From: Octopus sinensis
Taxonomy: Eukaryota
DNA length: 64,000 nucleotides
Direction: 5' to 3'
Assembly (NCBI RefSeq): GCF_006345805.1
Contig: NC_043014.1
Span: 4,960,001-5,024,000 of the forward strand
Shown: in pieces, positions 1 through 13,138 of the stretch
How positions within the stretch are numbered: position 1 is the stretch's first letter
Layout: every line of letters begins with the position of its first letter
Position numbers and translations under genes: made by a program
Notes under the pieces: model-generated
What the model was told of the DNA's origin: nothing
The model's input: only the letters and a program-made list of their open reading frames with translations
The model's database searches: none

Positions 1-164
1 CACTGTTTTAATATTCAGCGTGGGAAGTATTTCGTTCAACCCACACAGTAATCGCAAGACTTAATCTAATGAAGTCCGCTGTTCGGATTGGATTCTTCAC
101 AACAAGCGTTAATCTGATTAGAAAAGTTTTATGTAAATATCAAAATCAAAACCTACCAATTCCC

Positions 165-608
165 ACCCACCCATACATACATACAAACATGCATGCATAC
201 ATACATATATACATACATAAATACATACATACATATATACATACATACATACATACATACATACATACATACATGCACACATACTTACATACAAACATAC
301 ATACATACATACATACATACATACATAGATACATACATGCACACATACATAGATACATACATGCACACATACATACATACATACATATATACATGCATAC
401 ATACATACATACATGCATACATAGATACATACATACATACATGCATACATACATGCACACATACATACATACATAGATACATACATGCGTGCATATATAT
501 ATACGTACATTTATGTATGTATACACGTATGCATGCATGTATGTATGAATATAATCATGTATATATCGATAGATACATATAGACATACATACATACATAC
601 ATACATAC
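165..608. repeat. (TACA)n-type microsatellite (sister arrays 1163-1686, 15890-16345, 16895-17415, 30375-30870, 31415-31665, 48570-49200, 63235-63525)
   Basis: Direct inspection. Confidence 0.95.
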
Positions 609-1160
609 TTGGTGGCTGCCCCCTCGTTATCGAGTAGGGCCATTGCACGACGCTTAATCAATGTTGTTATCTTGCAATGCCTGTGCATGAAAATTTTTTT
701 TAAAGCGAGGAAAGGCTGTGCACTGAGTCAATCCCAGTCACTAAGCAACAGCAGCCATAATCCGAAAAGAAAAACAAGTCAACATCATCTGTAACCACTG
801 AGCCGCAGGTTTTATATCGGAGTTATTCCAGTTACCTGAGTTACCTTCTCCTAGAAGGATGCCCTTACAAAGTCTAGGAGTCCTTCACTCCCAATGGTTT
901 AACCGCGCGATCGGATATTCAGTCCGATTATTTCTATGTCCCCGCGCATGATACAGCCTTAAGACAGTTTTTGGATGGCTGTTGACCCTCAAGAGTTCCT
1001 CCGGTCTTTGACGGTTTTGTTTTTCATCCCGCAGGGTGTCCAATAGACTCCCTCCTCACCAAGCAAGCTTGGTGGGGTTGCCGGTTTAGTCGCCGACGAC
1101 CCGACGATGCAACAGGTTGTACTGGGTTACATGTTACCAGTAGCACACGAAAGTGACCTG
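609..1160. repeat. Conserved non-coding block, probably retroelement UTR-derived (also 16345-16895, 30870-31415, 49200-49543, 63525-64000)
   Basis: Highly similar in all units; gagttaccttctcctag resembles RTE-type 5'UTRs as I recall them; family not confirmed. Confidence 0.35.
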
Positions 1161-1203
1161 ACATACATACATGCATACATACATACATACATACATACAT
1201 ACA

Positions 1204-1237
<34 letters not shown>

Positions 1238-3566
1238 CATGCATACATGGATAAATACATAGATAGAGGCATACATACACACATACATACATACATACAT
1301 GCATACATACATACATGCTTACATACATACATGCGTACATACATACATACATACATATATACATGCATACATACATACATATATACATGCATACATACAT
1401 ACATACATACATACATACATACATACATACAAACATGCATACATACATGCATACATGCATACATACATACTCACATGCATACATGCATATATACATACAT
1501 ACATACATACATTCATGCATACATACATACATACATGCATACATGCATACATACATACATGCATACATGCATACATACATACATACATACATACATGCAT
1601 GCATACATACATACATACATACATACATACATACATACATACATACATACATACATACATACATACATGCATACATACATGCATACAAAAATATCCTGTT
1701 CATGTTGTTGAAATACCAATGAAAGATACTTGGAACTAAGTTAGAAGCCGTCTCTCTTTCTGTTGACCAGAAATATTCTATTAAAACCGAATAATGACAT
1801 TCATACATATTTTTAGCTAGTCATTATCACTAGCTTTGAATATTTTTCTTCTTGTTTTATAAATCATAGCAAAACATACAGGTACAGTGTCTCCCATTTG
1901 AAACTCAATTCGCAAGTGCACCTTCCGTATGGACTGCATATGTATGGCGGAATTCCATAGTTATGATTAAATTTTCTCAGATGAAGCATATTAGACCCCT
2001 CAGATATAGTTGGACCTAATTTAATATATATATGTGTATGTGTGTCTGAGTGTGTGTGTGTGTGGGTAACACTCTCAGTTTGGCCCTCGAAATAAGGTGA
2101 ATTTGAAATAAGCTACAAAATAAATCTTACTTCCATGTCAGATTTCAACAAAGTCCCATAATTTTTCCTATTGTAATGGCGGGTTGCATATGCAGCTGCG
2201 CATGCTCTGTACAGCTTAAACACATGGCGGTCGTTTTAACTGTCTAATTATGCCGCTGAATCAAAAGATGAATTTGAAGATCTACCAGCATCCGTATTCT
2301 CTGCAATTGTTTACGATTTACAACCAAAAAAATATTTGTAATCTAGAGAAGCGAATGCAGATTTACCCATTAGACTAATAATAGTGGGATAGTAAACATT
2401 AATAATCTTTAATCTTTATTGCAGCTTGATGCTTTTAACCGAAACCTTCGTTTATCTAACAAATATTCGACACACTCCAACATACTGTCATGAATCCTAT
2501 TGGATATAACGTGACGGTCACAACATCTCAGCCTTCTTACACACAGCATCCGTGCTTGCCCTGACTATATTTGCTCTCTTTACTCTCACTTTTATGGGTG
2601 TTGTATTCGTATCGCATGAAATGTCTTCAGCTTCTAGGATCCATCCTTTCTTCGGTTCTGGTATGTTTACGTAGATGAGTGAAAGAAATCGTCGTATTTG
2701 ATGATCTCTGCTGCTGAAATGAGGCAATTTCTCTGGTTGATTTCCTTTCTTATTCTTGTATATCAGCGTTTAGTGTATGATGTGTATGTTGTGTTCTTCG
2801 AGTTTCGTTTTGTATCTTATTTTGAAGAGAGGTGGGAATTTTGTGATATAGATTTAGGTTGGCAGGACCAATACTCATTTATACTGTCTTTTGAAGGATT
2901 GATCGTGTAAATTCCACATTCTCAGAAAGCTTAAATTGAACATTTTGTGATATTTCTAAAGTAGACGATAAATAGGTTTTATAAGATATGGGGTAGGAAT
3001 AGAACGGAAAGCTTTCCTGATTAATAACGGCAAATAGAATGCATTGTGTGGAAGTATCTGGTTGTTGTTGAAAGAATTAGTTAAGTTCTGTGCTAAGTAA
3101 TGTAGCGGTTCATGGCTCCTTGCCAGAATCCGAGTTGTAATTTGAAAACCAAGATGTCTGAGATAGTAGCGTCGAGTATTAGATTTTCTAAGGCTGTGCA
3201 TGAAAAGCTGATATAATTCTATGGTGGTACTTTATTTGGGGTTTTGTTGAATCATGAGACAGAAGACAAAATACTGTTAAACAAAATAACATTTTATTTC
3301 GACGATAAGTTTGATAAACTGAAATCTTACAAAATGTTTTGTAGAATCATTTCGACAGATTTAGATTTTTCTTGATTTTGAGGATATTTCTGGCATTCTA
3401 CGTCGCCTCTTTTGTATTGTTTGAATATCTTCTGTAAACTAGTATAACAGTTTATTGTAACGATAGACATACTTTAAAGAAAATATTAGGTAACACAATT
3501 GAAAATTTATGTTATTTATTAAAATTCACAGACATATTTTCATATGGAACCGAATTTAATTTCTAT

Positions 3567-4063
3567 TCAATATTTACTGCATACAACGCAGGTTAATTCT
3601 TGACCATTGACATACGGTGGACATGGCAACGAACCACAAGCAGCCTCAACGAAATATAATAAAGCTCCATTTTCGTCTCTGTAACCTGCTGGATCAGCTT
3701 CTGGTGCATAATCCACACAAACATATTCATGTCTGCCTTTATGATTATAATGCGCGGTCATCAAATATCCCGAATACTCAGCTGTCCAACCAGCGTAACA
3801 CTGTGTCCTGGCTGGTAACATCATAACAACAGAAGGTTGTCGTGTCAAACAGACAGCGCACGGAACGTTGTGTTGATGAAGTGATTTAGCGTTAGCAAAA
3901 GAAAAGAGTTTATTTGAGTAGTGGGATATTTCATATTCACTGCCATAAATGTAACCACCTTCTTCAACTTCTGTTGTATAATTGGCCCAAATGGGGTCGT
4001 TAGGTAAACACAAGAGATTACTTCCACCACCTGTGTGGTCATAAAATTGTCCACCAACCACAC
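3567..4063 (-). CDS. Copy 1 last exon: spongin short-chain collagen-related / collagen IV NC1-like (C4) domain
   Basis: Acceptor ttctag at 4064-4065, phase 1. Reads VVGGQFYDHTGGGSNLLCLPNDP..HNVPCAVC..PARTQCYAGWTAEYSGYLM..YVCVD..GALLYFVEAACGSLPCPPYVNGQELTCVVCSKY*. The Cys pattern and two-fold internal repeat match the family commonly annotated 'short-chain collagen C4-like'. Confidence 0.9.
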
Positions 4064-4271
4064 CTAGAATTGGTAAGAATAAATCAAGTAAAAAAAAGAT
4101 AATAAGAAAAATTATATATGAAATAACGGAAACATTCATTACAATTTTTCACTTAAAAGAAGTCATGTTTACTCGCGTGTGAACGAATTGTGGTGTATAT
4201 ATTAGTGTTTACGTGAGTGTAAGCTGTGTGTTGCTGTATGCTTGATATCATAGCTGTGCATTTGCATTCTC

Positions 4272-4310
<39 letters not shown>

Positions 4311-4326
4311 CGAAGTAAGCAACAAG

Positions 4327-5316
4327 GATATCCAGAGATAATGCAGTACGATTGTTTCATGCAACTCCATATAATTGAACAATACAATCATTAAATCAAT
4401 TTAAAATATAGAGCAATCTTCAGCTGCACAAATACATAGGATATAATTAAATTAAAACAGATTGACAAATTAGTATAATTATACCTAAAATCTCAAACAA
4501 GTTAAGGAGATACACAAAGAACATGTCTCTACTTCAGCATAGAAATTAATAAAATTATCAAGAAATTTATGAATACTTATGAATAGAAAAAATATTCAAC
4601 AATTTCTATCCTTTTGTTATAATATTCTTCTAAATAATACTTTGGAAAACCCTAAACTTCAACTGTATTCAAAGCAACATTGTTTAAAATATTTAACTAT
4701 AATATATGATAAGACCTTCCGTTTCATTGTCAATAGTCTGCCAGTGTGCGACCCCCTTAATTATCATCTAACACCTTGTTTTAAGTTTTCCCTTACTAAA
4801 CCTCATGGTATTGCTTATAATAATTCTTGATTATTTTATAATTATACCAACTACAATGTCTATCTACTGCCTGAGCCCTCCCCCTATTATTATTGCTTAT
4901 AATAATTCTTGATTATTTTATAATTATACCAACTACAATGTCTATCTACTGCCTGAGCCCTCCCCCTAACAGATACTGCCCTATGTTCTCTCAGCCTTAG
5001 ATATACAAAGGATTTGTAAATTAGTCTATAAATTAAAACTGACACCATAAAGACAAATAATCAGTGGTAAGCTGAGTCTTCTTGATAATTTTAGTAACTG
5101 CTATGCTGAAGTAGAGACAACATGTTCTCTGTAATATCTGTAATATCTTGGAAATTTTAAGTATAATTACACAAATGTGTCCATCTGTTGTAATTTAATT
5201 AAATCCGACATTTTTGCAGCTGAAAATTGCTCTAAATTTTAAACTGATGTAATGATTGCATTGTTCAATTAAATGGAGTTGTATGAAACGAACGTACTGC
5301 ATTATCTCTGGATATC
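4327..5316. repeat. Long inverted repeat: arms 4327-4564 and 5079-5316
   Basis: gatatccagagataatgcagtacg...aaaattatcaagaa is mirrored on the opposite strand at roughly 80% identity. Confidence 0.8.
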
Positions 5317-5456
5317 ATCTTTGCTTATTTTAATTTTAATCCCCTTACTTTGAAATTGTATGGATAATGCCGTACTAAATTCTGGAGCCTCAACTTAAGT
5401 ACCATATTCATCCGAATCTATATATATTATATATATATACATATACATACACACAG

Positions 5457-5520
<64 letters not shown>

Positions 5521-6576
5521 TATATATATAAATTATATATATATATATATATAAAATAATATATGTAGGAATAGGTATATATATGTTGAGTGTATACGGG
5601 TAAGTATTTGTGGTTACGACGTGGATTATTATGTAAGTTTGCATGGGGAAGTGTATTTGCGTGGATGTTAATAGAAGGAGAAAAAGAAAGGAATTCTGTA
5701 ACGCATGTACTCGTGTTTACCCGAAATGGAAAAGGTGTTCACGAGTGAACGGGGATATTTTGGGTGATGGAGTCGGCGACCGATAAAATATACGTGTAGG
5801 GTTTATAAAGAGCAGATACAGAGCATTTTTAAGGAACGTAAGGTTGATTGGGGACGCAGTTTGTAGCAGCAGTTTTGAATTGGAAGTGTCATAATTACCT
5901 TACAAAGATATACTGGATAATTAATGAGGTGATGTGGTGCATGAAAAGAGCAAGGTTTTAGCGATAGGACGATTTCGGTGAGGGGGAGAAGAATAGAAGT
6001 GCATTCTGTACTCTGTTCTGTTCTCTCACTAATATTTAGTCTCTCTATATTTTACTTAATGAATAAAGTCCTTAGCTTTTTCCATCAGTTACAGTATGTG
6101 GCTTGTCCAGTCCTCATTCTACGTTGTGCGTTCATTCCATTAACCATTTACAGTCACTGTCATCAATTCTAATAGACTCTTTTCAATTTAGCCCACACCT
6201 ACGATCATTGTGCACTCTAGTTAATGATTGTCAAGCGGCCACTTTCAGCTCTGGTCACTCACGTACAATACCACCATCCATAGCCTGTACAATTGATCAC
6301 CAGTTAGCATCCTTTTCACTTGGTCCGTAGTAGACAACATATAATATTCTGATTTGACCAAATACCCACAAAGGAGTAAGCAGTCTTTTGTAGTGTCTGT
6401 ATAGTCTACTGGTATAGACGTTTCAAACGTGACATATCATAAGAGGATTTGAGAATGTTTATGTCAGACAACACGACAAAGGGTGAGTGTGTGTGCGTGT
6501 GCGTGAGAGAGAGGATGATAGGGAAAGAGAGGCAACAAAAAGAGAATGAGGGGTCAGAAATATAAAGTATACTAAC

Positions 6577-6651
6577 CGTCATATACAAGGTTTGAATAAG
6601 GAGGACAAGTTGTTCTGCCCCACCGGGTATACAATGATCCGAGACCGGGTT
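6577..6651 (-). CDS. Copy 1 penultimate 75-nt exon (PGLGSLYTRWGRTTCPPYSNLVYD)
   Basis: tttcacag acceptor and gttagt donor, phase 1-1. It joins the last exon in frame, and Y.RWGR..CP is the canonical start of this domain. Confidence 0.9.
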
Positions 6652-7086
6652 CTGTGAAATTAAAATGAAATAATGTAGTTTAAAAGAAAGAATTGGGGGA
6701 TCATTTACAAAGTAGGATGTTGGATGGGAAGTAATTGATGGAGAAGAGAGAAATATAGAATTTAAGAAAGAACGAGTGAATGAATGAAAGTCAGAACGAA
6801 AGATGTAAATAATAAGAATAAATTGTAAAGAAAGAAAAAAGACATTTGTCTGTTGAGCCTGTTGGTGACGTTGATGTCAAAGATTTGAGAGATTAATCTC
6901 AGAATATCAGAATGTGTATCGGTCTCCGCTATGAACGGATGTATGTATGATACGTAAACTTGGGTATGAGTATATATACTTCTCAATAGAATAATGATAA
7001 AACTCAATAGAATAATGATAAAATATTCACCAGGTGCGAATATTCATCGGTCAATTACAAATATCAGTTGGAGCTCGGCGCAAATA

Positions 7087-9200
7087 AGGCCATCATAACT
7101 ACAATATGAAAATAACAACCATACCGCATCATTTGTCGATTTCGTTAAAAGACATCGCATCCGGTTCTCGAGTAGAGGCGTCCGTTTGATAAATATATAG
7201 CACACCTCATCCAATACGGGTGCAGTCAGCAACTTAATCTGGGGTGTGTGGGGTGGTAGCACAACATTTACGGTCTCAGGAAACCAAAGCAGATGAAGAA
7301 GGGAACAACTTGAGAATTAAACTGTCTGAATTGTTAGATATAATCTGCCTGTAAGATATAATCGGTGTCTCCTCTACAAAATTTCGTTTCTCCGATAGCG
7401 TACACTTGGATATAGACTTGCAACTCCTCTTTGCAACTGTGGTGCCAACAATGTCTGCACAGGTGGGATTAGGATACTCTCAATCCCCAGCTTTCGGATT
7501 GTATTATGGAGTGAAACCGACGAGGTGTGAGGGTTCACCTCTTGACGCTAAGGCTGAATATGAAGGGCCACTGTGGCTGATGTAAGTATATGCAGCAAAC
7601 AGCGGGTTCAAATACAAATCCTTCCTAAGCAAATTCACCTCAGCTTTAGATATATTTGGGGTAAAGTCATTTGTCCTGCAAGGAGACTTCAGTGCACACC
7701 TTGGCACTGATAACCGTGAGAAGGATTGATTGGAAGGAATGTCGTCAGTGAACTTAATGGAGAGGTCATAGCAGCCTTAAGTGCAGGATACACACTCTCC
7801 TCTCTATGGTATAGATATTATTTTAAGACAGGGATATTTATAAGGGTGCCTGGTATAGAAATACTTGGTGACAGGTTTTTGATAGTGTTCGGTCATCTTT
7901 CACTCTTTCCTGAACGTTCGGGTAAAAGGAAGGGGTGGAATTGTCAACTCGTCACAACCTAAATGTCTAAAAATCTGAAAATTCCTAGTCTGCCGAACAC
8001 TGGAAATTGGTAAGTCCAGTGCGACCTACAGAATACAGTTGGAAGCCGCAGTGGATGCTGGGATCAGAAACAAAAATGTGGAGACTTTTGCATCCAAATT
8101 GAGAGTGACCCGCCTGAATGGACTTGGACATCAAAGGGATTCGTGATTGTATAATTTATTTCGGCAGGTTCTTATTTGAGCTAAACTCGCTTAAATGTGA
8201 TAAAGCAGCTGGTGAAATGTACCTCCGGCTTGATATTTTAGAAACCTTAAATACAGATGGTATTCTCTGAGTGACCCATGTATGCTAGGTTGATGGGACC
8301 TCTGGAAAAAACACCAAGGCAATGGTAATATGGGGTGACAATCATAATTTTTTCAAACAGAGCCCAAAGAGTGTGTTCAAATTATAGAAAAGTCTACACT
8401 AGATATCTGGAAAAGATATGTAGGGAAGTTGTCGCTCCCAAGATTACCGTCCTGGACGGAGTACACCCGACCAGAGAGTCGGTCAGAGATAGATCTTCGA
8501 GAAAACGTTGAAATACGTCCTAGGGTAATACGCTATAAACCACTAAAATGCACATGATCACGAGCCCTGGGGCATGTTGCGGATGGTTTACCTGGAGGGT
8601 GAGTTTAATGGGCAAAAACTAGATGCCATAAAGTACTTATATAGATGTTCAAATGATTGTATTTATGTAAAAGTCGAAAGTTTGCAACGTGAAGGTTTCA
8701 CTTAGTTGAAGTGTGCATTGTTAGTGCCCCTTCTCACATTGTTTTCCGTGATCTGGTTGAATATGCGCAGCCATTATGGTAGAGGAATCCAAATTCATTT
8801 CTACGTGATCGGTCGACTGTTATTTGTAGACGGCATCCTGCTACCTGATTCGACTGATGGCAACCAACAACGTGCACCGAATTGGTTGGCTGACGAGTAC
8901 CCCAAAGCAGGATTGACAAATACGCACTGTGTAGGAAAGTGGAACATCATTATTTCGGGTCTCTATTCACGAACGATTGGAAACACAAGAGTGGACAGAA
9001 TGCTGAATTGTAGATATAAACGCAGTGAAGCGCCAGCTCGGGCATTTGATTCTCAGATGAAGAGGGTATTCCATGCTTTTCGTATGCTGCCGGTGGGGCT
9101 CGCTCTGAGCACTCTAAGTTTTTCACAGTGAACGTACCGTCCGCCTCGGACACTCGGCAAAGAGCTCCCTCAGAGGAACCGTGCGGGCCGAAATAATTCT
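7087..9200 (+). mobile_element. Decayed RTE-clade (Expander/Rex3-like) LINE, APE endonuclease plus RT, antisense in intron
   Basis: Frameshifted motifs VLQGDFSAHLG, RVKRG..LST, KAAGE, CSNYR, STPDQ and LLF(V/A)DD. Confidence 0.85.
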
Positions 9201-9567
9201 CGACGTAGCACTGCAGATATACTCATATACACACAATAAATGGCATAGTATATTAGAGTAACATTTTATTTAGGAAATTATTGTAAAGTAGAACATATTT
9301 TAAAATAAATTCAGTCTTAGTATATATTATTGTGGACATATGGATAATAATGTGGAACTAATTCGAAGTTGGTAAAATTGTAAACCATTAGTTAATGAGT
9401 CACGGGTAAAAGACTTTAGCCATAAAATTTGTTCTTACTTGGTGTGTCATCAGGTTTATCGTCGAGAGATTTCTTGGAGATGAAACGGTTCTGTGAAAAA
9501 ATAGAAATAGCATCATATAAATAGAACTACAGGGTATTTATTATCGCTTAGAACTTAAAACAATACA

Positions 9568-9900
9568 ATGGATGACAACATATTCGGGCAGGAGTCATTG
9601 CCAACAATACCTTCTCAACCCCTTAGGAATCTTCTAGAAGGCGCTTCAATCCAGTCAAAAGATTTTCTGAAGAATATCAGAGAATATAATTCTGCATTTC
9701 AAATGACATCGTATGGTGAATCTAAGAAGATAGATAAAGATGAATTTACGCCGACGTCAAAGATCAAGGGCAAGTCTATCACCTCATTGGTTCCCTGGTA
9801 ACCGCGAATGAACAACCACAGTTCCTCCAAATTTACTCTCTAAGTGGTGTAGGATAACAAACCTGACGTGTGGTGTCAAAATTTCCGATGATGGGTCGTG
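9568..9900 (+). mobile_element. Helitron Rep fragment (also ~24960-25300, 42817-43150, 58270-58610)
   Basis: QPLRNLLEG..S.DFLKNIREYNSAFQMTS(Y/F)G, then by frameshift KGQVYHLIGSL...PQFLQIY, typical of the Helitron RepHel N-terminal region. Confidence 0.8.
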
Positions 9901-10246
9901 TTAGACACAGCGCACACTGCTGCAAAGGAGAGTATATCCACTGACAGCATTTCGGTGCCTTCAAAAATCACACAAACCCCACCTCCAATTTTGCATGACA
10001 GGTTAGGGCCTGAAACACTCCAAACGGACGCATAGCATGTTGCTTAGTCGAATTAGCCCAGCATTTACTCTACAAATGTTTTGTTGTCAATGTTGCACTT
10101 TCCCGTATCACCTGTTTCAAAATGACTGGTATATATTATATACCCACTTTGCCATTTTAATCCCCAGCAATGACGGGTATGTCTGCTAGTACACACACAC
10201 ACACACACATATATACACACACATATCTCTACACACACACGCACTC

Positions 10247-10285
<39 letters not shown>

Positions 10286-11340
10286 CACATATTTATATAT
10301 ATAGTTAAATTTAATCCATACAAGAAAGCACAAAAAACAACGCGAGGATGTGGAACAAATATAGTATTATTGGACGAGGAAGGAAAGAAGGAGGGTTTAA
10401 CGTTTATGAGAAGGAAAGATCCAGAGGAGGGAAGACAGAGGGAAAAAAATCGCCAACGGTACACACGCGGCCACATTTTGAATGACCGGAAGGAAATGGG
10501 TGAAGAAAAGTTCTTTCAAAGACAGGAGAGTGGTAGAGGATGAGGAATGTGTGTGTAAGTTTGGATATGTGCGGGCGCGGAGGACTGCGTGTGCGTGTGC
10601 GTGTGTGTGTATGTGTGTATGTGTGCAATGATGACACGTGTGTGTGTGTATGTGTGTGTTTTGCTTGTAGTGTGTTTGAGTGTATGTGTGTGTATGCGTA
10701 GAGTTTGTGTGGTGAGTAACTGTGCGTTTGTGTGTATACATGTATGTATAATTGTGTGCCGTGTGTATGGGACGTACGTGTGGGTACATTTGTGTGTGTG
10801 TGTATGTATGCGCGTGCGTTTTATATGTGCGTGTAGTTGTGTGTGCGTGTACGTGTGCGTTTGTATGTGTGTAAGTGTATATAATTGTGTATATACGTGT
10901 ATCCATGGGGTTGTGAGTTTTCGGTGTGTGCATTCGTGTGCGTGTGTGCGAGCGTATGTGTGCGCATGTTTTTGCGTGCGTGTGTGTGTGTCTGTGTCTA
11001 TATGTGTATACGTATGTGTATGTGTGTGTGCGCGTGTAGGCATATATTGCGGGTATGTATATGTATCGGTGTGTATGTGAATTTGTGCATGCGTGTGTGT
11101 AGGGTTTTTTTAAAAGTTGTGTGGGCGTAATGTGCGTGCGTGTGCTTGTGTGCGTGTGTGCGCTTAAGTACGTGTATGTGCGTGTGTGTCTGTGCCCATG
11201 TGTGTATAAGTGTGTGCGTATCTGTATGAGTATTGTTCGTTAAAGGTATATGTGGACATCCGTGCTGGTGTGTGTGTATGTACGTGTGGATGCGTGTGTG
11301 TGTGCGTGTATTGTGTGCGTATGATACATATATCTCTGTG

Positions 11341-11615
11341 ATCACCGTTGAAGACCAGGCTATCAGTTGTTGCTACATATCGCTGGTCACAATGCGCTTC
11401 GCATTGTTTTAACCTTCAAATGACTCCACCCCGCTGGCTAAGCGAGCAGGTCAAGAGAAGAAAGGGAGGAATTTGTAGCGAAAGAGTGATCATAACAACC
11501 CGCTCCCTGAGCGTCGTGGTGCTTTAAACACACACAACGCCCAGTCTGGGAATCGAAACCATGGTCCTCCAACCTTGAGTCCGCTGCCCTAACCACTGGG
11601 CCACTGCGCTTCCAC
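11341..11615 (-). mobile_element. tRNA-derived SINE (orthologous copies ~27017-27296, 44317-44575, 60210-60468)
   Basis: Box A TGGCCCAGTGG, box B GGTTTCGATTCC, 3' hairpin ACAATGCG-aag-CGCATTGT. Confidence 0.8.
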
Positions 11616-12030
11616 CCACAGACAAACACACACACATCACACATATATAAATACATATCGATATATACGTATGCATGTATACTTAAGCATACACACCATA
11701 TATATCACAAATATACGTATCTACTTATACGCATACACACACACAAACGCACACATATATGTGAGTGGACATACACTGTATAGTGTGGTTGTTCGTGTAC
11801 AATTGAGCACGTGTGTCTGTGTGCGTGCGTATGTGTGTGTGTTTGTGTTTATTTGTGCGTGTGTTTGTCCGTGTGTCTGTGTGTGTGTATTTACATTCGT
11901 TCTTACATATTGTCATATATAAAAACCAACGTGAATTACAGTCAAACATTACGAAATTCACCGATCTACATTGGCACTCGCACGTTTTATTTTCAGTTGG
12001 AAAGAAAAGATTAAAAAAAACTCGCCTCAC

Positions 12031-12270
12031 TTCCGTTCCTGATGGAGAGAAATAGATAAATGTGTGTAAATATGTACGTATTCCTATGTGTGCGTGTGTG
12101 TGTGTTTGTATGTGTCTGTTTCGGTGCGTGTGCGCAAGTGTACATCTAGATATAATACTTAACACTAATATTAATAGGGCTAAACGTTGCAGCGACAGGG
12201 CATGGCCATGCTAGAACCCCACCATTAGATTTTTTTCATTACGCACTTATTTCCCTCTCCAGGATTATGT
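12031..12270 (-). other. Candidate micro-exons of copy 1: 24 nt (12247-12270) and 8 nt (12031-12038); homologues in all copies
   Basis: ctctttctccag|ACATAATCCTGGAGAGGGAAATAA|gtgcgt and tttctctccatcag|GAACGGAA|gtgagg. Splice sites are conserved at 28053-28076/27837-27844, 46297-46320/46087-46094 and 61190-61213/60972-60979. Confidence 0.35.
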
Positions 12271-12356
12271 CTGGAGAAAGAGCGATCGGATAGGAGTACA
12301 ATTCCACCCTTCTTTGTGTTTACTTGGGATGTGTGTATATGTATGTATACATATAT

Positions 12357-12442
<86 letters not shown>

Positions 12443-12538
12443 CGAGAGAGAGAGAGAGAGATAGATAGATAGATACATAAATAGATATGTATGTATATAC
12501 ATAAGTAACAATACATGTGTGTATGTATATATGATATG

Positions 12539-12587
<49 letters not shown>

Positions 12588-12648
12588 TATATATATAAGT
12601 GTTGTGTGTGTGGTGTGTGTGTGTGTGTGTGTGTGTGTTTGTGTGTGT

Positions 12649-12924
12649 GGAGGTACAATGGCCCAGTGTCCGTAGGACCACGTTTTCGATTCCCAGACCG
12701 AGCGTTGTGTGTTTTTATTGAGTGAAAAAAAACCTAAAGCCCCACGAGGCTCCGGCAGGGGTTGGTCGCGATCCCTGCTGTTCTCTTTCGCCACAACTTT
12801 CGCTCACTCTTTCTTCTCTTGACCTGCTCGCTTAGCCAGCGGAGCGGCGTCACTTGAAGACTAAAACAATGCGAAGCGCATTGTGACCAGCGATGTGTAC
12901 TAACATCTGGTCGGTCACGGTGAT
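12649..12924 (+). mobile_element. Same tRNA-SINE family, opposite orientation, unit 1 only
   Basis: Shares tggcccagtg, ttcgattcccagac, ctgctcgcttagccagcgg and acaatgcgaagcgcattgtgaccagcgat. Confidence 0.8.
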
Positions 12925-12960
12925 ATATGAATATATAATATATATATATATATATATATA

Positions 12961-13138
12961 ATTATAATAAGGGTTTTAGCAACAAGTTGCTTAAACCACA
13001 TACCAAAATATTAGAAATAGCAGTCAAAGGCCTACCATTTCTATTACAACAATGGTAGAAATGGTAGCCCTTTGACTGCTATTTCTAATTTTCGGTATGT
13101 GGTTTAAGCAACTTGTTGCAAAGAGCTCTTATTATAAT
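12961..13138. mobile_element. Fold-back (MITE-like) element, ~83-bp arms and ~12-nt loop, unit 1 only
   Basis: Arms are near-perfect reverse complements and sit in (TA)n; a related half copy lies at ~14090-14125. Confidence 0.8.

Noticed and set aside
609-794. ORF MVAAPSLSS… repeated in each unit
   Set aside because: TTG start, indels and stops differ between units, no recognisable domain.
69-1808. Long His/Thr/Tyr/Ile or Met/Tyr/Val/Cys ORFs here and throughout the window
   Set aside because: They are translations of (TACA)n, (CA)n, (TA)n and (TAGA)n microsatellites, open in several frames on both strands.
3617-3826. Recurrent antisense ORFs (MDMATNHKQP…) over the last exon
   Set aside because: Shadow frames of the real minus-strand exon with non-ATG starts.
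11540-11615. tRNA-like sequences at SINE heads
   Set aside because: A and B boxes are present but there is no complete cloverleaf or acceptor stem, and they continue into SINE body.
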